In this document: positions 13,912 to 15,269 of the stretch, in pieces
How positions within the stretch are numbered: position 1 is the first letter of the stretch
Layout: each line of letters starts with the position of its first letter
Program-made: the position numbers and the translations under genes
NCBI GenBank assembly: GCA_049472315.1
Contig: JBLIRN010000065.1
Span: forward strand, 1 to 15,269
From: a bacterium
GTDB taxonomy: Bacteria; SZUA-182; DTGQ01; JAFGSM01
Reading direction: 5' to 3'
Length of the DNA stretch: 15,269 nucleotides
Notes under the pieces: generated by a model
Told to the model about the DNA's origin: nothing
Database searches by the model: none
The model's input: the letters and a program-made list of their open reading frames with translations, nothing else

Positions 13912-15269
13912 GGATGTGCGCTCATGGCACAGGGACGGTCGGCGTGAACAGGGTGCTTGTTTCTGAGCTTCTCGTAGTATCCGATGATCTCGGTGCAGTT
14001 CGCGGGGATTGTCTTGGGGGCGATCGCATGCCCGGAGAGTTCCTCGATTTTTTCCGGATGATCGAGGATGCCTTGGATGCATTCCGCTAATCCTGTCGCG
14101 TCCCCAACAGGAAAACGAAGGCCGTTTCTTCCGTGGGTCACGTAGTCCCTCATGCCTCCCGTATCCGAGGCAATGATGGGAATGCCCGCCGCCTGGGCCT
14201 CCAGACCGATCATCCCGAGGGTTTCCTGCCACAGGGAGGGGATGATAAGCACATCGAAACGGTCGAAGACCCGGTCGAGCGTCCGGTAGTCATATCGCCC
14301 CTCATAGGTGCAAAAGGGCATTCCTTCGGTGTCCCTTTTGAAATCGTGGAGGGACTCCTGGTCGGCGCCCCCGAAGAAGAGGAACCGGGCGTATCCGGGC
14401 CGGATGCCTTGTGCCGCTTGGATGATGAGGTGCGCCCCCTTGGAGGGTCCCAGGTGGCCCATGAAACCGAAACGCACGGGATAGAACGTGAAGCAGCGGC
14501 GTCTCCTGGTCACCCACTCGGCGGATTTCACCCCGAGCTGGTTTACGACCAGTTTGTTTGTGTCGATGAGGTGCCCCTCAAACACCCCCTTCACGCAGGA
14601 GGACACCGCGAGGATCAGGTCCGACCTGGCAAGGGAGCCGAGAGTGAGATCCCTCCGTCTGGCGAACGCCCGGGCCTGGCTCATGTTCACGGTCCCGGCA
14701 CGACGCCGTTCCGATCCGGTGCGTGATGTGGCCTGGCCGAGCCGTTCCCCTGATATCCTTTTATATATATTTCGCATCCGCTTGACCACCCTGAGAACCG
14801 GACCGTCGGGGAGAAGCATGGTCATTTTCCGGTACTGCCTGGTGAGGAAGCCGTGGGCGAGGCAGCGGGACACGCAGTGTGTCCCGTCGCCCGGGCCCTC
14901 GCATATATGCTCGTCCAGGGTGAAGAGCTGGCACCGGGGGCATACGAACCAGTAATCGTGGAGGGTTACCAGGGTGGGGATACGTTGGTCCGCGCTTATG
15001 TCGATGCACCGGGAGGGGGTGCGCTCGAACTCGTGGAAATGCACGATGTCCGGTTGTATCCGATCGAGGAGTCGTTTGAATATTGCCTCGGTTCCCTTCT
15101 CGCTCCAGCTCTTCAAGGGATGGGCCATGGCCTCTGAAAACGAGGTGGGGGAATTCCGGAGTCCGTGGTAGCGGATGCCGTCCCGCACGGTGCTGACCAG
15201 CCTGGGCCTCCTCAGGAACCCGGAGCGTATATGGTGAAAGATGTGTACCTCGTGCCCCCTGTTTGCCAT
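13908..15269 (-). CDS. Glycosyltransferase family 4 (GT-B), probably 5'-truncated by the window edge
   Basis: RGHEVHIF, PDIVHFH, TLHDYWFVCP, GHLGPSKG, PSLWQETLGMIGLEAQAAGIPIIASDTGG. The usual first beta-strand is missing, so the real start is likely beyond 15269. Confidence 0.9.
   Translation of the reverse strand: MANRGHEVHIFHHIRSGFLRRPRLVSTVRDGIRYHGLRNSPTSFSEAMAHPLKSWSEKGTEAIFKRLLDRIQPDIVHFHEFERTPSRCIDISADQRIPTLVTLHDYWFVCPRCQLFTLDEHICEGPGDGTHCVSRCLAHGFLTRQYRKMTMLLPDGPVLRVVKRMRNIYKRISGERLGQATSRTGSERRRAGTVNMSQARAFARRRDLTLGSLARSDLILAVSSCVKGVFEGHLIDTNKLVVNQLGVKSAEWVTRRRRCFTFYPVRFGFMGHLGPSKGAHLIIQAAQGIRPGYARFLFFGGADQESLHDFKRDTEGMPFCTYEGRYDYRTLDRVFDRFDVLIIPSLWQETLGMIGLEAQAAGIPIIASDTGGMRDYVTHGRNGLRFPVGDATGLAECIQGILDHPEKIEELSGHAIAPKTIPANCTEIIGYYEKLRNKHPVHADRPCAMSAHP

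Noticed and set aside
13912..14232. N-terminal extension of the GT2 in the ORF track (start 14232)
   Set aside because: It overlaps the upstream GT4; the ATG at 13911 gives the canonical GT2 start and an ATGA coupling.

Overview
Bacterial, mostly GC-rich DNA; a Desulfobacterota/deltaproteobacterial origin is only my impression. Almost every real gene is on the minus strand. From right to left: (1) a tightly coupled operon of GT4 glycosyltransferase (probably 5'-truncated), GT2, a ~290 bp inverted-repeat-bounded REP/MITE-like element, class I SAM methyltransferase, GT4, radical SAM/SPASM enzyme and soluble S24/S26-type Ser-His peptidase. (2) A small toxin-antitoxin island: intact mntA-hepT, an AbrB-type antitoxin whose PIN/VapC partner is internally deleted, and a decayed second hepT 5' end. 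(3) An ~810 bp AT-rich intergenic region with a sigma54-type -24/-12 site, an IHF-like site and two pairs of TGAC-N7-GTCA-like palindromes. (4) A giant secreted modular protein (start 6335, at least 2111 aa, running off the left edge and absent from the ORF track). It contains a P-domain, a beta domain split by an in-frame AT-rich foreign domain, three DxDxDG spacer repeats, two DUF2341+LamG units and four tandem lectin/tail-fibre-like repeats. The best candidate for an undescribed system is the radical SAM/SPASM + S24/S26 peptidase + glycosyltransferase cassette next to the giant, domain-swapping surface protein; that link is inferred, not shown.
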